In this document: positions 9,296 to 20,600 of the stretch, piece after piece
How the letters are laid out: each line of letters opens with the position of its first letter
Position numbering within the stretch: position 1 is the stretch's first letter
From: a virus
Virus record (IMG/VR): IMGVR_UViG_3300024239_000355
Location: 131,193 to 195,192 of that record
DNA: 64,000 bases
Direction: 5' to 3' (one strand)
Notes under the pieces: generated by a model
The model's input: the letters and a program-made list of their open reading frames with translations, nothing else
What the model was told of the DNA's origin: nothing
Databases searched by the model: none
Program-made: the position numbers and the translations under genes

Positions 9296-11434
9296 TTACT
9301 TTCTGTAGTCGCTTAACTGGATCACCTTGTCCCGGAATGATGACATTTCACCAACAATACCTCGGTCGATATCATTAGGGTGATGAAGCTCGATTGCCGC
9401 TTTCTTGTCCTCTTCGGACTGAAAATAGAACGTGCAGTCATCGACGGAAAAATCAATCCCTGCGTCGTCCAGACGGCTGATCATCGCGTCCACATCATAC
9501 TCTTTCACTTCATACGGGAAGCCGGTGAAATTAGGACGATTTGCGTCCCGTTGACGCCGGTATTTCGGGCTGACATCAGCGATGAAATCATCACCCATGT
9601 CACCGCCCATCACATCCTCGTTGAAGGGAATTCGATACTCTTTCAGTAGCCGTGCTGCGTTAACGCATGCATCGGCGTCGTGGAATTCAAGTACCAGAGT
9701 TTCGTAGTCCGCGTCAAAATTTACATTTACTGTCTGAAGGCGCCGTGTTGACACAATCAAATCAGCAGCAGTCTTAAACCCTATTTGCGTTGGGCGAGTA
9801 TCCTCGACTATTTCAGCAAGGGTCGTCAGTTCATCCCACTCGGTTTCGATCTTCTGCTTAACTTGACGCCCCTCCATAACGACGCGACGAATTTCGTCCG
9901 CGACGTTGGGCATCCACATAGTTCCAATGGTTTCCAGCACTGCTGCAAGTTGTTCATCACTGATTGACTCGGAAATTTCGCGCAGAACATCCGGATGAGA
10001 TCGCCATTTCACCAACGTCGCTGCCGCTTCCCATACTGTATCCGGCTTATTCACGGACACCGTTACTTCATCGGGGTTCTCCTTGACCTTTGCGGCAATA
10101 TTAAACCCATAAATCTTTTTAACAGTACCATCCTCAAGCTCACACTCAACCACATCAAGCGTTCCACGCTCGACCGGTTCCTTCAACGTGACGCGGGTTG
10201 ACGGCTTGGTAATCCAATTTGCTTCCGGGAACACCCCACGATTGATGTCCGGTGTCGGTACCAAGGTAACCAACGATCCTTCGTCAAATTGATCGTCATT
10301 AGATTCCGGGTCGTTAGCTGTATCACCCTCGGTCAAAAACCGGTCAGGATCGAACTGATTGAGCCATTCGGTGAATTGCCCATATTCATCCAATCCACCC
10401 ACCACATCACCCACGGTTGGCTCGTTGATTGGAGCAACTACGTCCGTGGCACCCTCGGCGGCTTTCTTACGGGCGGAATACCGCGCGAGGGCATCAATCC
10501 CCTCGTGGAATGCTTCATTGCCTTCTTCAAGGCACAGAAGGGACTTAATGTGTGAACTTTCAGTGGCTACCACCGAGCTATCCACATCATCACCCTCAAC
10601 CAAACTTTCGCGAGCAGACCCATACCCACGGCTACCACTCATGCTCTTGAAGGTTTCATTGATCTCGATAATTCGTTCACGAACCATTTCCCGTAAACGA
10701 CGGGTATTATCGTTATCTCCAAGCACCTTGATGTTCTCTGATATATATTTGGCAATCCCACGCAAATTGGCCCACTCAGTCATCATCTTTTTGATGCGCG
10801 ATCCACAATCATCATCAACCGCACCACCTTCCGCTAGGTGCCGTGCCATTGCCCGTCCACCATTGAGGTGTGCTTGTGGCATTAAAAACCGTTCACCAAG
10901 CTTGTTTTCAATATACACGGCATGAATATTGCGCCCACGCGCACCGATTTTTTTATCGTCTACTGGCTGGGAATGGCGAACAACAAGACGACAATCTCCT
11001 ATCGGCTGATAAGATGTCTTGCTATACCCGCTCATTTTTTCCATGACAGTATCCATGCTACCTCCTAGGTCGGATTCTTTAACACGCCCTTTTTCAATCT
11101 CAGCCTGATAGGCGAAATCCTTTGGCGTGATCTTTCGACCGAACTTACGAACGGTGTACTTCAGGTTATAATGAACCGCAGTTTTGCGAAGGCTGAGAAG
11201 CAACCGCTGAATTTCTTCAATCTTGATACCTTCATGCAGATAAACCTTGATCTCAGAATCATCACCGGCTTCTCGCACCGTCACCATCATGTGTTCCGGC
11301 TGTACGAAAAAACGACGGCATTTCTCAGGGTCGAAAACCTTGTTTCCAACCTCATCGAACATCTTGACCTTACGACCGCCGCCCTTGACGATGGCAAATA
11401 CACGCAAGGACACTTTAGCGAAGGAAATAGACAT
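9296..11434 (-). CDS. Conserved jumbo-phage protein, probable virion/head-internal protein
   Basis: 712 aa; KTSYQ..RLVVRHS..GARGRNI..IEN..GERF..HLNGGRAMARH core; late-type TAAATA promoter upstream; many (I/L/V)xE motifs. Confidence 0.6.
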   Translation of the reverse strand: MSISFAKVSLRVFAIVKGGGRKVKMFDEVGNKVFDPEKCRRFFVQPEHMMVTVREAGDDSEIKVYLHEGIKIEEIQRLLLSLRKTAVHYNLKYTVRKFGRKITPKDFAYQAEIEKGRVKESDLGGSMDTVMEKMSGYSKTSYQPIGDCRLVVRHSQPVDDKKIGARGRNIHAVYIENKLGERFLMPQAHLNGGRAMARHLAEGGAVDDDCGSRIKKMMTEWANLRGIAKYISENIKVLGDNDNTRRLREMVRERIIEINETFKSMSGSRGYGSARESLVEGDDVDSSVVATESSHIKSLLCLEEGNEAFHEGIDALARYSARKKAAEGATDVVAPINEPTVGDVVGGLDEYGQFTEWLNQFDPDRFLTEGDTANDPESNDDQFDEGSLVTLVPTPDINRGVFPEANWITKPSTRVTLKEPVERGTLDVVECELEDGTVKKIYGFNIAAKVKENPDEVTVSVNKPDTVWEAAATLVKWRSHPDVLREISESISDEQLAAVLETIGTMWMPNVADEIRRVVMEGRQVKQKIETEWDELTTLAEIVEDTRPTQIGFKTAADLIVSTRRLQTVNVNFDADYETLVLEFHDADACVNAARLLKEYRIPFNEDVMGGDMGDDFIADVSPKYRRQRDANRPNFTGFPYEVKEYDVDAMISRLDDAGIDFSVDDCTFYFQSEEDKKAAIELHHPNDIDRGIVGEMSSFRDKVIQLSDYRK

Positions 11435-11480
11435 ACGAATCCCTCAAAAAATCCAGCAGTTCTGGTATTTATCAATTGGT

Positions 11481-12488
11481 TCAGAAGAACATTGCAACGA
11501 CGGCACTGTTTGCACCCGCACTCGTACCAGTGCCGACCAACGACGGACTCACTGATGCAAGTTTGAAATGAGTCGCAGCATTCGCAGTCGTATATATGAC
11601 ATCTTTCACGGTGGTGGGATAACGCAACCGCCATTCATTGGTATTAACGGTAGATGCGCCCCAGAAAGTCACCCAGGTCGGCGGACGCCCTACAGTATGT
11701 TGTAAAATGATGTCAGTATTACCCGTTGAAATTACGTTTAAGGAGGCAATTGTCCATCCGGTTGGGAGTCCCGTGACACTGGTTACATTACCTGAACTAT
11801 CAAAATTCAGCGTTGCTGTGAAAATCTCTAATGGGCGCCCTGATGTATACGAAAGCCCGTCCGCGCCGCTATTAACTACAATCCCCTGCCCCGCATGTCC
11901 GGTAAACGCGCCAGGACCATCCGTGAGGGCAATAAACGACGAAACACCACCACTAGCACCCTTTGTACCGATATAGCGGTAGCCTTCGATATAAACGCCG
12001 TTTGTGGCGACGCCAGAAGGAACCGTGTTGGGAAAGTGTAGAACACCGCTGGTGTAGTCGAATACCCATTCCTGATCAGTAGTGAGTGGGTTTAAAAGGA
12101 TGCCGCCAGAACTCGGATTACCCGCGTACACCTTGACCTGATACAAACTATTGAATGTCGGCGGAATCCAGTCACCCAATTGGTTGGTCACATCGATAGT
12201 AGCATTGTAGTCGGCAACCGTCACCCAGGTGTGATTTCCAGATACCGTACCATCTACCTTACAACGATTTGCGGTTCCTTCACTATATACCTGCACAATA
12301 GTATCAGAAGAAACAGGCGGTATAGCTGATATTGACCCTGATTGCGCAAGAATAGTATGTCCATAAATCGGCAGCGGGGACGCAATAGATTCGTTCGGAC
12401 CTGCTTTGTCAGAAACACTAGTTTCAGCAACTCCGTACATAATTTTCTTCCAGAGGAAATCAAGCTTTTGACTATCTGTAAGCGGCAT
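11481..12488 (-). CDS. Virion fibre-associated protein (FLWKK N-module)
   Basis: N-terminus paralogous to 17697..20846; C-terminus paralogous to 23760..27722. Confidence 0.75.
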   Translation of the reverse strand: MPLTDSQKLDFLWKKIMYGVAETSVSDKAGPNESIASPLPIYGHTILAQSGSISAIPPVSSDTIVQVYSEGTANRCKVDGTVSGNHTWVTVADYNATIDVTNQLGDWIPPTFNSLYQVKVYAGNPSSGGILLNPLTTDQEWVFDYTSGVLHFPNTVPSGVATNGVYIEGYRYIGTKGASGGVSSFIALTDGPGAFTGHAGQGIVVNSGADGLSYTSGRPLEIFTATLNFDSSGNVTSVTGLPTGWTIASLNVISTGNTDIILQHTVGRPPTWVTFWGASTVNTNEWRLRYPTTVKDVIYTTANAATHFKLASVSPSLVGTGTSAGANSAVVAMFF

Positions 12489-12521
12489 CCATAATCTCCC
12501 TCAACACCGTCTATTTAGGCG

Positions 12522-13070
12522 TTAAGGCCATCCAACGGTGTAATCATAGTTCTCTACTTGATCAAGGGTAGTTAAGGCATCAACTGCATCTTTATGTGCC
12601 CAACACGCTCCATAACATTGATTAACAAAATACATTGCGGCAACACCCAATGCCTTCACATCATCCGCATCCATTGAAACGTAAGTATTATCCTTTGCTC
12701 GCCACACAAAATTTGATGGTATCATAATCCCATTTGCAATAGCAGCAGCCATACCGGAAATATTTTGACGGGCACGTGTATCGCTGTCAAATATATGACC
12801 CATAAATACAAACCCACCAACTAAACGAACTTCACGATATTGATTGATTTCTTCTTTTTTGGTATTTTTAGCGTCTTCAATATACGCTTCATCTTTTTCT
12901 ACCTGGGTCATTTCACGGATAACATCATTTTCGTCTATTATCCAATATTGCGAATCAACACCATCAACCGCTGATAGATCAGGATTGATAACCCAATTAC
13001 CATCCATATAGTCCGGAGTATTTACACTCTCTAAATATAGTTTAGACTGGCGATGTAATACATTAGCCAT
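12522..13070 (-). CDS. Tail fibre assembly/chaperone protein (DUF4376-like)
   Basis: AKNTKKEEINQYR..GGFVFMGHIFDSD..WRAKDN..MDADD..Y.VGWP pattern. Confidence 0.8.
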   Translation of the reverse strand: MANVLHRQSKLYLESVNTPDYMDGNWVINPDLSAVDGVDSQYWIIDENDVIREMTQVEKDEAYIEDAKNTKKEEINQYREVRLVGGFVFMGHIFDSDTRARQNISGMAAAIANGIMIPSNFVWRAKDNTYVSMDADDVKALGVAAMYFVNQCYGACWAHKDAVDALTTLDQVENYDYTVGWP

Positions 13071-13076
13071 AGGAAG

Positions 13077-13757
13077 TTACCTTCTTGCTGAACGTTGTGT
13101 AAGTAAAGATTGTGTATAAGTTATGGTATTCGAGGGGTTACCATGCAAACCATATGCACCAACATCAACAAGACTACCAGTCGTGCTAATTGACCCATTA
13201 CCCGACATCGGATATCGCATTAACAAACCACCCACAATAACATCCCCACCACGAATGGTGTACACAGTCATGATTTCTTCAGCAGCGAGCGCCCGTGAAT
13301 ACACACGCACATCTTCAATCCATGCAGATACATATTCACCAGGGATGCCACCATTAATATCACACCCAATTGATACCGGTGAAGTATCGGGGGCAAATGC
13401 CCCCGACCACGCAGAGGTGACATATTTCACACCATTAATATATAATGAAATAGTTGTTCCATCATATGTTGCTGCTATGTGATACCAAGTATTCCGAGTA
13501 AGCGTCGGTCCCCCTTCAACATTAATGACGCCGTTTACATCCCCGAAAATTATACGAGCTTTGGAATTTCTATAGTTTAGATGCCACCATTCATCTTGCG
13601 CAGTACCAGATATGGATCGGCTGATGATAGCTTGTAATGAACCACTCCCGGTTCGGTATACCCACGCCATGATCGTGATAGAGTTAGTCAGGGTATTCAT
13701 CGCCGTGGATGTTGGAACTAACGCATAATTCGAGGTGCCGTTAAATATCAGAGCCAT
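13077..13757 (-). CDS. LamG/ConA-like lectin domain protein
   Basis: TIMAWV, TWYHIAATYDG, LYING, IEDVRVYSRAL; start MALIFNG. Confidence 0.85.
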   Translation of the reverse strand: MALIFNGTSNYALVPTSTAMNTLTNSITIMAWVYRTGSGSLQAIISRSISGTAQDEWWHLNYRNSKARIIFGDVNGVINVEGGPTLTRNTWYHIAATYDGTTISLYINGVKYVTSAWSGAFAPDTSPVSIGCDINGGIPGEYVSAWIEDVRVYSRALAAEEIMTVYTIRGGDVIVGGLLMRYPMSGNGSISTTGSLVDVGAYGLHGNPSNTITYTQSLLTQRSARR

Positions 13758-13758
13758 C

Positions 13759-15105
13759 TTAGGTAAACCACACACCAGTTTCGAACAGCAACCAATCACC
13801 AACCAAGGTGTCCGACCCGGAACCGCCGTAGCGCGTCATTTCAATCAAATATAGGGTTCCCGTGGTCAACCCAAGTGTAGACAACGCAATCGATGTAGTT
13901 GCATACTGATAGTTTGCATTTGCCGGAATACTAAGCGTTGCCAACGTCGTCGCCGCACTCCATGTCCCAACCGCAGCGTTATTTGGGACAGTTCTACGGT
14001 AGAACCGCATAACAACATTTCGCGCGGTTGATGGCGCGGTTGATGCTCGATGTTTAAATGAAAAATTCATTGTCGTCACACCGGTCGGGACGGTAATTGG
14101 GAACCCAATCCCTTCTTCTTGGGTATCGTCAAACGCACGCACTGTCATACTTATACGGGACGGATCAGATTGTGCGGGAGCCACGAGCGAAATCGCCCAA
14201 TCAGCGCCAGGATTATCAAACGACCCGGCATAAAATGTCGTCGGTGCGGTTACCACTTGACTTCCGCCAGTTGCAGAAACAGTAATAGTATCGTTGTCAG
14301 AAATTATGGATACATTTTCCCCCGCAACAAGAGATTTTAATTGCGCACTATTCGCGGTGGTTTGAGCATATATCCCGGTACCCGTGCCTACATTTGAAAC
14401 AGATGCCAGTGGAGAATACCCCAGTGCCGTTGTAACTTCGGACGATGATAGCGAAGTTCCCGCAGTCACACGACCCTTGGCGTCAACCGTGAGCTTGGTG
14501 TATGTACCAGCAGTTACCCCAGTATTCGCCAATGTTAATGAAATAGAAGTTGTGCCTGAACCAGAGGCATCACCGGTTATCGAAATGATTTGATTACCCG
14601 TGAGGTATCCTTGCCCCTTGACGAATGCTGTCGTGGCAATCGTGGTATCATTCGAGGTCAACACCGGGGTAGGCGCGGTCGGCACCCCAGTAAAATCAGG
14701 CGAATTTGTTGGTGCGGCATCGGACGATATCGTGATCGTATCACCGCTCGTAGAAAGAGAGATCAGCGAGCCTGCTGCAATAGATTTGAACTGAAGTTCA
14801 GTCCCATCCGTCTGCGCATATAACCCGGTACCCGTTCCCAAATTCTTTACGGATGTGTTGGTAACACCTTGGAACGACAACGACCGCCATTGGCCACCAA
14901 GATACGCCTCAAGGTTATCTTGTTCGGAATTGTATCTAAGATGCCCAGATGTTCCAACAGTCGGACGCTCAAAAGTCGCCCCACCTGGGACAAGAATAGC
15001 CCCGGATGCAGCACTCGACCAAATATTACGTCCATCCTCAAATACAATAACGGAACCAATTTGCGCACCGCCATTATTCAATTGCTTTATCGCTATTTTA
15101 GTCAC
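13759..15105 (-). CDS. Tail fibre protein
   Basis: G/T/S-rich; LRYNSE, FTGVPTAPT..TTIATTAFV, GVTAGTYTKLTVDAKGRVTAG fibre repeats. Confidence 0.85.
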   Translation of the reverse strand: MTKIAIKQLNNGGAQIGSVIVFEDGRNIWSSAASGAILVPGGATFERPTVGTSGHLRYNSEQDNLEAYLGGQWRSLSFQGVTNTSVKNLGTGTGLYAQTDGTELQFKSIAAGSLISLSTSGDTITISSDAAPTNSPDFTGVPTAPTPVLTSNDTTIATTAFVKGQGYLTGNQIISITGDASGSGTTSISLTLANTGVTAGTYTKLTVDAKGRVTAGTSLSSSEVTTALGYSPLASVSNVGTGTGIYAQTTANSAQLKSLVAGENVSIISDNDTITVSATGGSQVVTAPTTFYAGSFDNPGADWAISLVAPAQSDPSRISMTVRAFDDTQEEGIGFPITVPTGVTTMNFSFKHRASTAPSTARNVVMRFYRRTVPNNAAVGTWSAATTLATLSIPANANYQYATTSIALSTLGLTTGTLYLIEMTRYGGSGSDTLVGDWLLFETGVWFT

Positions 15106-15197
15106 TTCTCTCTCGCCTTTGTGTTTTCATTTTACGCGACAGAAAAAGTCAACTCTATATTTTTATTGTTTTATGTGACTTCCCGCTCGTAGATGGA

Positions 15198-15227
15198 TAG
15201 GTGTACGGGAATGACCCCGTACACCTA
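15198..15227. terminator. Hairpin downstream of the 641-aa gene
   Basis: TAGGTGTACGGG/CCCGTACACCTA. Confidence 0.6.
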
Positions 15228-15239
15228 TTTACTCACTGG

Positions 15240-17165
15240 TTAGACCTGATATTCGTAGGTAGCTGCCACGACATCGGTTGTCTCAACCGAATACCCGATG
15301 GTGTCGATGTCCAGAATGAGGTCCATCCCAGAAACCGAGAAATTTGCAGTCTTCAGACGCAGACCATTGAAGGTTGCGGCAACGCTTCCAGCCAACGGGG
15401 CATGAGCGAAGAACGCAGCCAGGGTAACGGTACCCGTAGCAACGGTCGCACCAGAGTATTCCCATTCGTCATTAGCAACCTTGCGGTTGATGGCGGCGTC
15501 TTGTGCATCAACATAGCCCTTTGTGGTCAGAGCTTCTACCGGAGCAGCAGCCATGGTATAACCAGTCGGAGCCAGTACGAAACCAGCGCCCTTCGGTGCA
15601 AGAACCAGATCAATAGAGCTATCCGTGCCGTCTACCCCAATAACCACATCGCCAGCGGCAGCGGCATTGGTCACGGTCAAATAATTAACCGCATTAATGA
15701 CATTGATGCCGTCAAGGATCATGGTGGAACCACCAGCCGAACCATCATCGAAAGTCAGGTTATCGGTATGGAGGTTGTCGGCCAGCTTAGTGATCTCGGC
15801 ATCAACATAACCCTTGGGGGTCAGAGCATTGTCCGGATCGGTGGCATCCAGGGTAACATAACCAGCATGACCCAGAACCAAACCCACACCCTTGCCTTCC
15901 AGCTTCAGGTCAATGTTCGAATCGGTGCCGGTAGCAGCGATCTTCACCGCGCCACCAGTAGCAGACGTGGAAACGGTCAGGATGTTGTCAACGCCGCCAG
16001 TGGCATCAACGTCCAGGGTCAGAGCGCCAGCAGCATTACGCAGGGAGCGAACATACTGGTAAGCAACCGAGGAACCCAGGCTGGTCAGAACGGTGTTGGC
16101 ATCGCCCATAGACAGCTTATCGAGACCATTGGTGGTATTACCAACAAGCAGATCACCCGTGGTATAACTATCGAAGCCAGTACCGCCGTTCACCGGACGC
16201 AAAATGCCAGTTACAGCTTCGTTGTTTGCCAGATCAAGGGCGCCCCACGCAGCTTCAGCGCCAACCACACCGGTCGAACGAAGAACCTGACCAGCAGTAC
16301 CACTCGATGCAACAATCACATTATCCGTGATGTCCACATTGACGGTGGTCGAAGTGTTGACGTGGAAAGTATCACCAACCTTATTAAGACCATTACCAGC
16401 TTTCAGCAGACCAGGGGTCGAAAACTGGGTCCACTGCATCGGTGAAGTACCAACAGTGATCGGGTTGTTGGTCAGCACGACCCAACCGGTATCAGCCCAG
16501 GTAGCGCCTTCTTCAACGAATACGAACGCATTAGCAGTGACTTCAGACGGCTCATCGAAGTCGGCAGAACGAGTCCACTCACCAGACGCAACAACGTAGA
16601 TACCGTTGGTTGCATCACCGGTTTCAACATCACCGCCCTGACCCGCAACCAACACGCGGTCACCAGCCTGAAGGGTCACACCGTCAACAGTCTGAACGCC
16701 GCTCAGAGTAATGGCGGTTGTCGCCATTGCACGGACGGATGCCTTAACATCCAGACCATTAGTAGCAGCAGTCACCTTATCATCGACGTACTTCTTGTGG
16801 GTCAGAGCATAATCACTGACCGGAGTGTAGCTGGTCGGAACCAGCACTTCACCAACACCCTTCGGCGCGAGATTCAAGTTCAGATCGGTATCGGTACCGA
16901 TTGCAGAAATAGTCGGGCTGGAACCGGATGCGGCATTACCAACCAGAACGTGGTTCACTGCATTGGCGTCGCCGGTAGTTTCAACAACAAGCACGCCAGC
17001 GGTGTCCCGCAAAGCGCCCATATATTCATAAGCAAGGGTCGAACCACTGCTTACCGCAACCTTGTACTGTTCACCGAGTGAAAGTACCCGACCGTTTCCA
17101 GCGGCACTACCAACGATGATTTCGCCTTCAAGTAGGCGAATCTGTTTAGCCTTAAGCATAGACAT
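15240..17165 (-). CDS. Fibre/decoration structural protein
   Basis: GLDVKASVRA..LSG.QTVDGV....GDRVLV..Q...NGIYV...WTRS.D domain and three GTD..I.L...KG.G repeats. Confidence 0.8.
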   Translation of the reverse strand: MSMLKAKQIRLLEGEIIVGSAAGNGRVLSLGEQYKVAVSSGSTLAYEYMGALRDTAGVLVVETTGDANAVNHVLVGNAASGSSPTISAIGTDTDLNLNLAPKGVGEVLVPTSYTPVSDYALTHKKYVDDKVTAATNGLDVKASVRAMATTAITLSGVQTVDGVTLQAGDRVLVAGQGGDVETGDATNGIYVVASGEWTRSADFDEPSEVTANAFVFVEEGATWADTGWVVLTNNPITVGTSPMQWTQFSTPGLLKAGNGLNKVGDTFHVNTSTTVNVDITDNVIVASSGTAGQVLRSTGVVGAEAAWGALDLANNEAVTGILRPVNGGTGFDSYTTGDLLVGNTTNGLDKLSMGDANTVLTSLGSSVAYQYVRSLRNAAGALTLDVDATGGVDNILTVSTSATGGAVKIAATGTDSNIDLKLEGKGVGLVLGHAGYVTLDATDPDNALTPKGYVDAEITKLADNLHTDNLTFDDGSAGGSTMILDGINVINAVNYLTVTNAAAAGDVVIGVDGTDSSIDLVLAPKGAGFVLAPTGYTMAAAPVEALTTKGYVDAQDAAINRKVANDEWEYSGATVATGTVTLAAFFAHAPLAGSVAATFNGLRLKTANFSVSGMDLILDIDTIGYSVETTDVVAATYEYQV

Positions 17166-17186
17166 TTATCGAGTCCTCCGAATGGG

Positions 17187-17630
17187 TTATTCCCTATAAA
17201 AAATAATCAATTCATCTCCTTGTTCTAACTCATAACCTTCAGTGCTTGGGTTAAAAACGAGATTCGGTTTGTTAAACGAAAAGTGCGTCGTCTCCAAACC
17301 GTTGATGGTAACCGCCAATACTTCCAGAATTTCATCTGGAAGCATAAAAGTGGTCTGCCCATCCAGAGGATAGGCATAAATTTTCTTGTACCTTGCGAGA
17401 GCTTCTTTATCGATCCCAATGACAATTTTCTTTTGTGGGGTTGGATGAATACCGCTATCAGCATCAACCACGTCAATGGTCACACCTTCCCCGGCTTCGA
17501 GGGCGCGCATAACAACAACGCCGCGCTTGAGATCAAAGCGGTCAACAACGTTTGCTACTCGTCCTGGCGCGTCCGGACGAGTAGCAATAAATGAGGATAT
17601 GAAATGGTCTGTTAAGTATTTGTCCGCCAT
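17187..17630 (-). CDS. Short fibre-adaptor-like protein (DRFD..RG N-module)
   Basis: N-module shared with three large fibres; likely start MADKYL. Confidence 0.7.
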   Translation of the reverse strand: MADKYLTDHFISSFIATRPDAPGRVANVVDRFDLKRGVVVMRALEAGEGVTIDVVDADSGIHPTPQKKIVIGIDKEALARYKKIYAYPLDGQTTFMLPDEILEVLAVTINGLETTHFSFNKPNLVFNPSTEGYELEQGDELIIFYRE

Positions 17631-17696
17631 GGCATCCCCAGTCCCACTATAATCCCAGGTATTTATCATATAGTTGTATGACTGAGGACTACGGCT

Positions 17697-20600
17697 TTAT
17701 TTGGCAAATCCAATACCCGTAATTAGATTACCGGCTACCATCTTAAATCGAACAAGAATGATATTGTTCGAAGAGTTGGTAGAGGACTGGGTACCCAGCG
17801 AACAGATATAGGAACCAGTAGTACCGTTCATCGCAGTACCGACCGCGCAACCATTACTCCCATTACCGCCAGCAACCGTGTTGTCACCAGGGACACCGAC
17901 ACCAGTATAAAGACCAAACATATTCCACCAACCATTTGTGGTATTGGTAGTGTCAGTAATACCAGGGAGCTTCACCCAACACCCCGAGTATGTCCCATTA
18001 ACAACAATTTTGAACTGCGATACTGCACTACGACGGAACATAAAGGTCACGTACTGTGTTGCATCCTGTGTAAAACTATAATCAGGACCAACCGGTAAAT
18101 ATGTTGAATAATCAGTAATTTCATGCTTCAGCACACCAGCCACCACCGCAGCATCATAAGAAGCAAGGGTACTGGAAGAATTCCAATCCGGAGCGGTTAG
18201 TGATCCCTTGTTATCTGCCGGGGTATCCCCTGAATTCATAACAACACGACCGGCATTGGTTTGCGCCCCGGACGGTATTGTGCCCAAGGTGGCATCAACA
18301 TAAATCGACATCTCCATAACTGGACCTGAGGTATTAGCAACAGGCGTCCCCGACATTACGTTAACGATCTTCGAAGTATTAGCCCAGTTTCCATCTACCG
18401 CCGCATTGCGCCCACGACAACGAATGTTGCCATTTGTGTGAACGGTACCACCAACGGTAAACGTCACATTGGAAACAGTTTGTGGTGACATCCCCGAACT
18501 AAAAATCGTCGGTAGACCATTTTGCCCAGGATCAAGGTTAACTTGCGAACCAAAATTCGTAGTGGAAGATATTTGAATAACCCCATTCGCCAGATATGTT
18601 TTTCCGGCAAGGTTCGACACTGTTGCGCCACACTTCAGGGTTGCCCCCGCATTGTAGTGTGGAACGCCACTTGAATAAGCGAGAGTGCCAGGGGTGCCTT
18701 CCGTCAGAGTAAGACCCGATGCAACCGGAGCAGTGCTGAAATCGTCATAAACGAAAACTGCTTCATTTGTAGAACCAGTTTCACTGTGGATAAGTGCAAA
18801 CTTATTAATACCAGCAGTAACCATGGTACTAACCTTGGCATCCAAATCCTGCCAGAAGCCGGGCTTATCCACCGGATATGCATCATCGCGACTTACTACA
18901 AGACTACCAAAGGTGCCAACATTCGACCCGGTAGTTAATGTCACCGTACCAGTCGGAGTTCCATTGACGTGAGCGGTTAGCTGTCCAGTAGTCCCGCTCC
19001 CAAACGATGTAATAATTGCCGAATCAACTGAAGATGTCCCGACACGAGTAATCTGAGTACCCGCAGCCGGTGCCGTTGATCCAGTGAAATTGGTCACACC
19101 ACTTGACAATAGAATATCTGACCCACCACGGATTGTAGCACCATTACTGATACTAAGTATTTTAGAAGACAAATCGGCGGGCTTCGATGGTATCAACAAC
19201 CCAAGTATCTCATTCAAATCATCAATAGCATCAGAATATGTCGTAGCCCCTGCTGCCCATGACGTGATGGCGCCGTCTGCAAAAGTTCCATCGGTTGGGG
19301 TCTGAAGCTTGTTTGATGCACCCGACGCCAATGTATCAACGTAAGCCTTTGTCGCTACCGAATTCAGAGCGGTTACTTGATACGTTGCAGGAACAACAAG
19401 CTGTCCAGACCCCTTTGGTCCAATACCAATATCAATATCGGTATCCGCGCCTTGCGCAAGGAATTCGAGCGCAAACCCAGTTGGGGAGTTGTTGAATTGG
19501 AAGTAATTGATGGAATCATTGTACCCGTCAATGGTGATCACATCTTGCCCGGCGGCATCTTGGAGGCGCACCGTCCCACCAAGCGCACTATTGCTGATCC
19601 CACCCCGTAGGATAACATCTGCGCCATTCCCCACATCACCATTACCGCCGATCAACAGCAACGGTTGCGCAGGATTTGTACCCCCCGTGCTGTCACCACC
19701 CCCAACGTATGTCGTCGCACCAGGGATAGCAGTAATAATGCCATACCCAGTGCCGCCGTCACCGATCCGAACCCCGCCGAACCCTTTCGGATCAAGTATT
19801 ATCGTTGTATTGGTATCAATACTATCTGCGATCAAGCGTATCCCTTCACCGCTTGGCGCGTTCTCAACTACCAAATGATTTACTTTAGGTCCGCCTGCGG
19901 CGCTATCCCGCACGACAATAACATCTGCTCCATCGGTATCCTGAATTCGGACAGAACCAGGGGTTACACCAGCACCACCACGAATTTCCACATCTGAAGT
20001 GATGCCACCATACAGCGACAACGTAGTCGCGCCGACAATTGGACCGTCCGCAATAATAGATTTTCCGCTGGTTGGCTTTAAACGGATGTCTACCGGTGCC
20101 GACGCAGTACCATATCCTTGAAGTTGTACTTCCCCATCGGCATTGGTAATCAGCAACCCCTCATCCGCAGTCGCAGTAGTACCCTTTGTGACACGGAATA
20201 TTTTCTGCCCATCGGAACTGATAACGACCGAACCAGTTTCGAGCGCGGTATCTACAAAAGTATTTCCATCGGTGGTATCTTCTATTTTGGTTGTTAACCC
20301 ACCACCCCCGGACACACCCTTTGTTCCGGTATAGCGATACCCAATAATATAAATGTCATTCGTATTAACCGCAGTCGGGACATTATTCGGAAAGTGAAGA
20401 ACACCAGCCGCATAATCGAATACCCACTCTTCATTCGTCGCAAGTGGATTCAATAATATACCGCTTGCATTCGGATCACCCGCATACACCTGAACGGCAT
20501 ATGTAAAATGTACCGATGGGGCAATCCAGTCCTTCAGACGAGTGGTGTCCGAGATTGCCGCCACAATATCTGTCACCGCAACCCACGTGTGCTTCCCCGC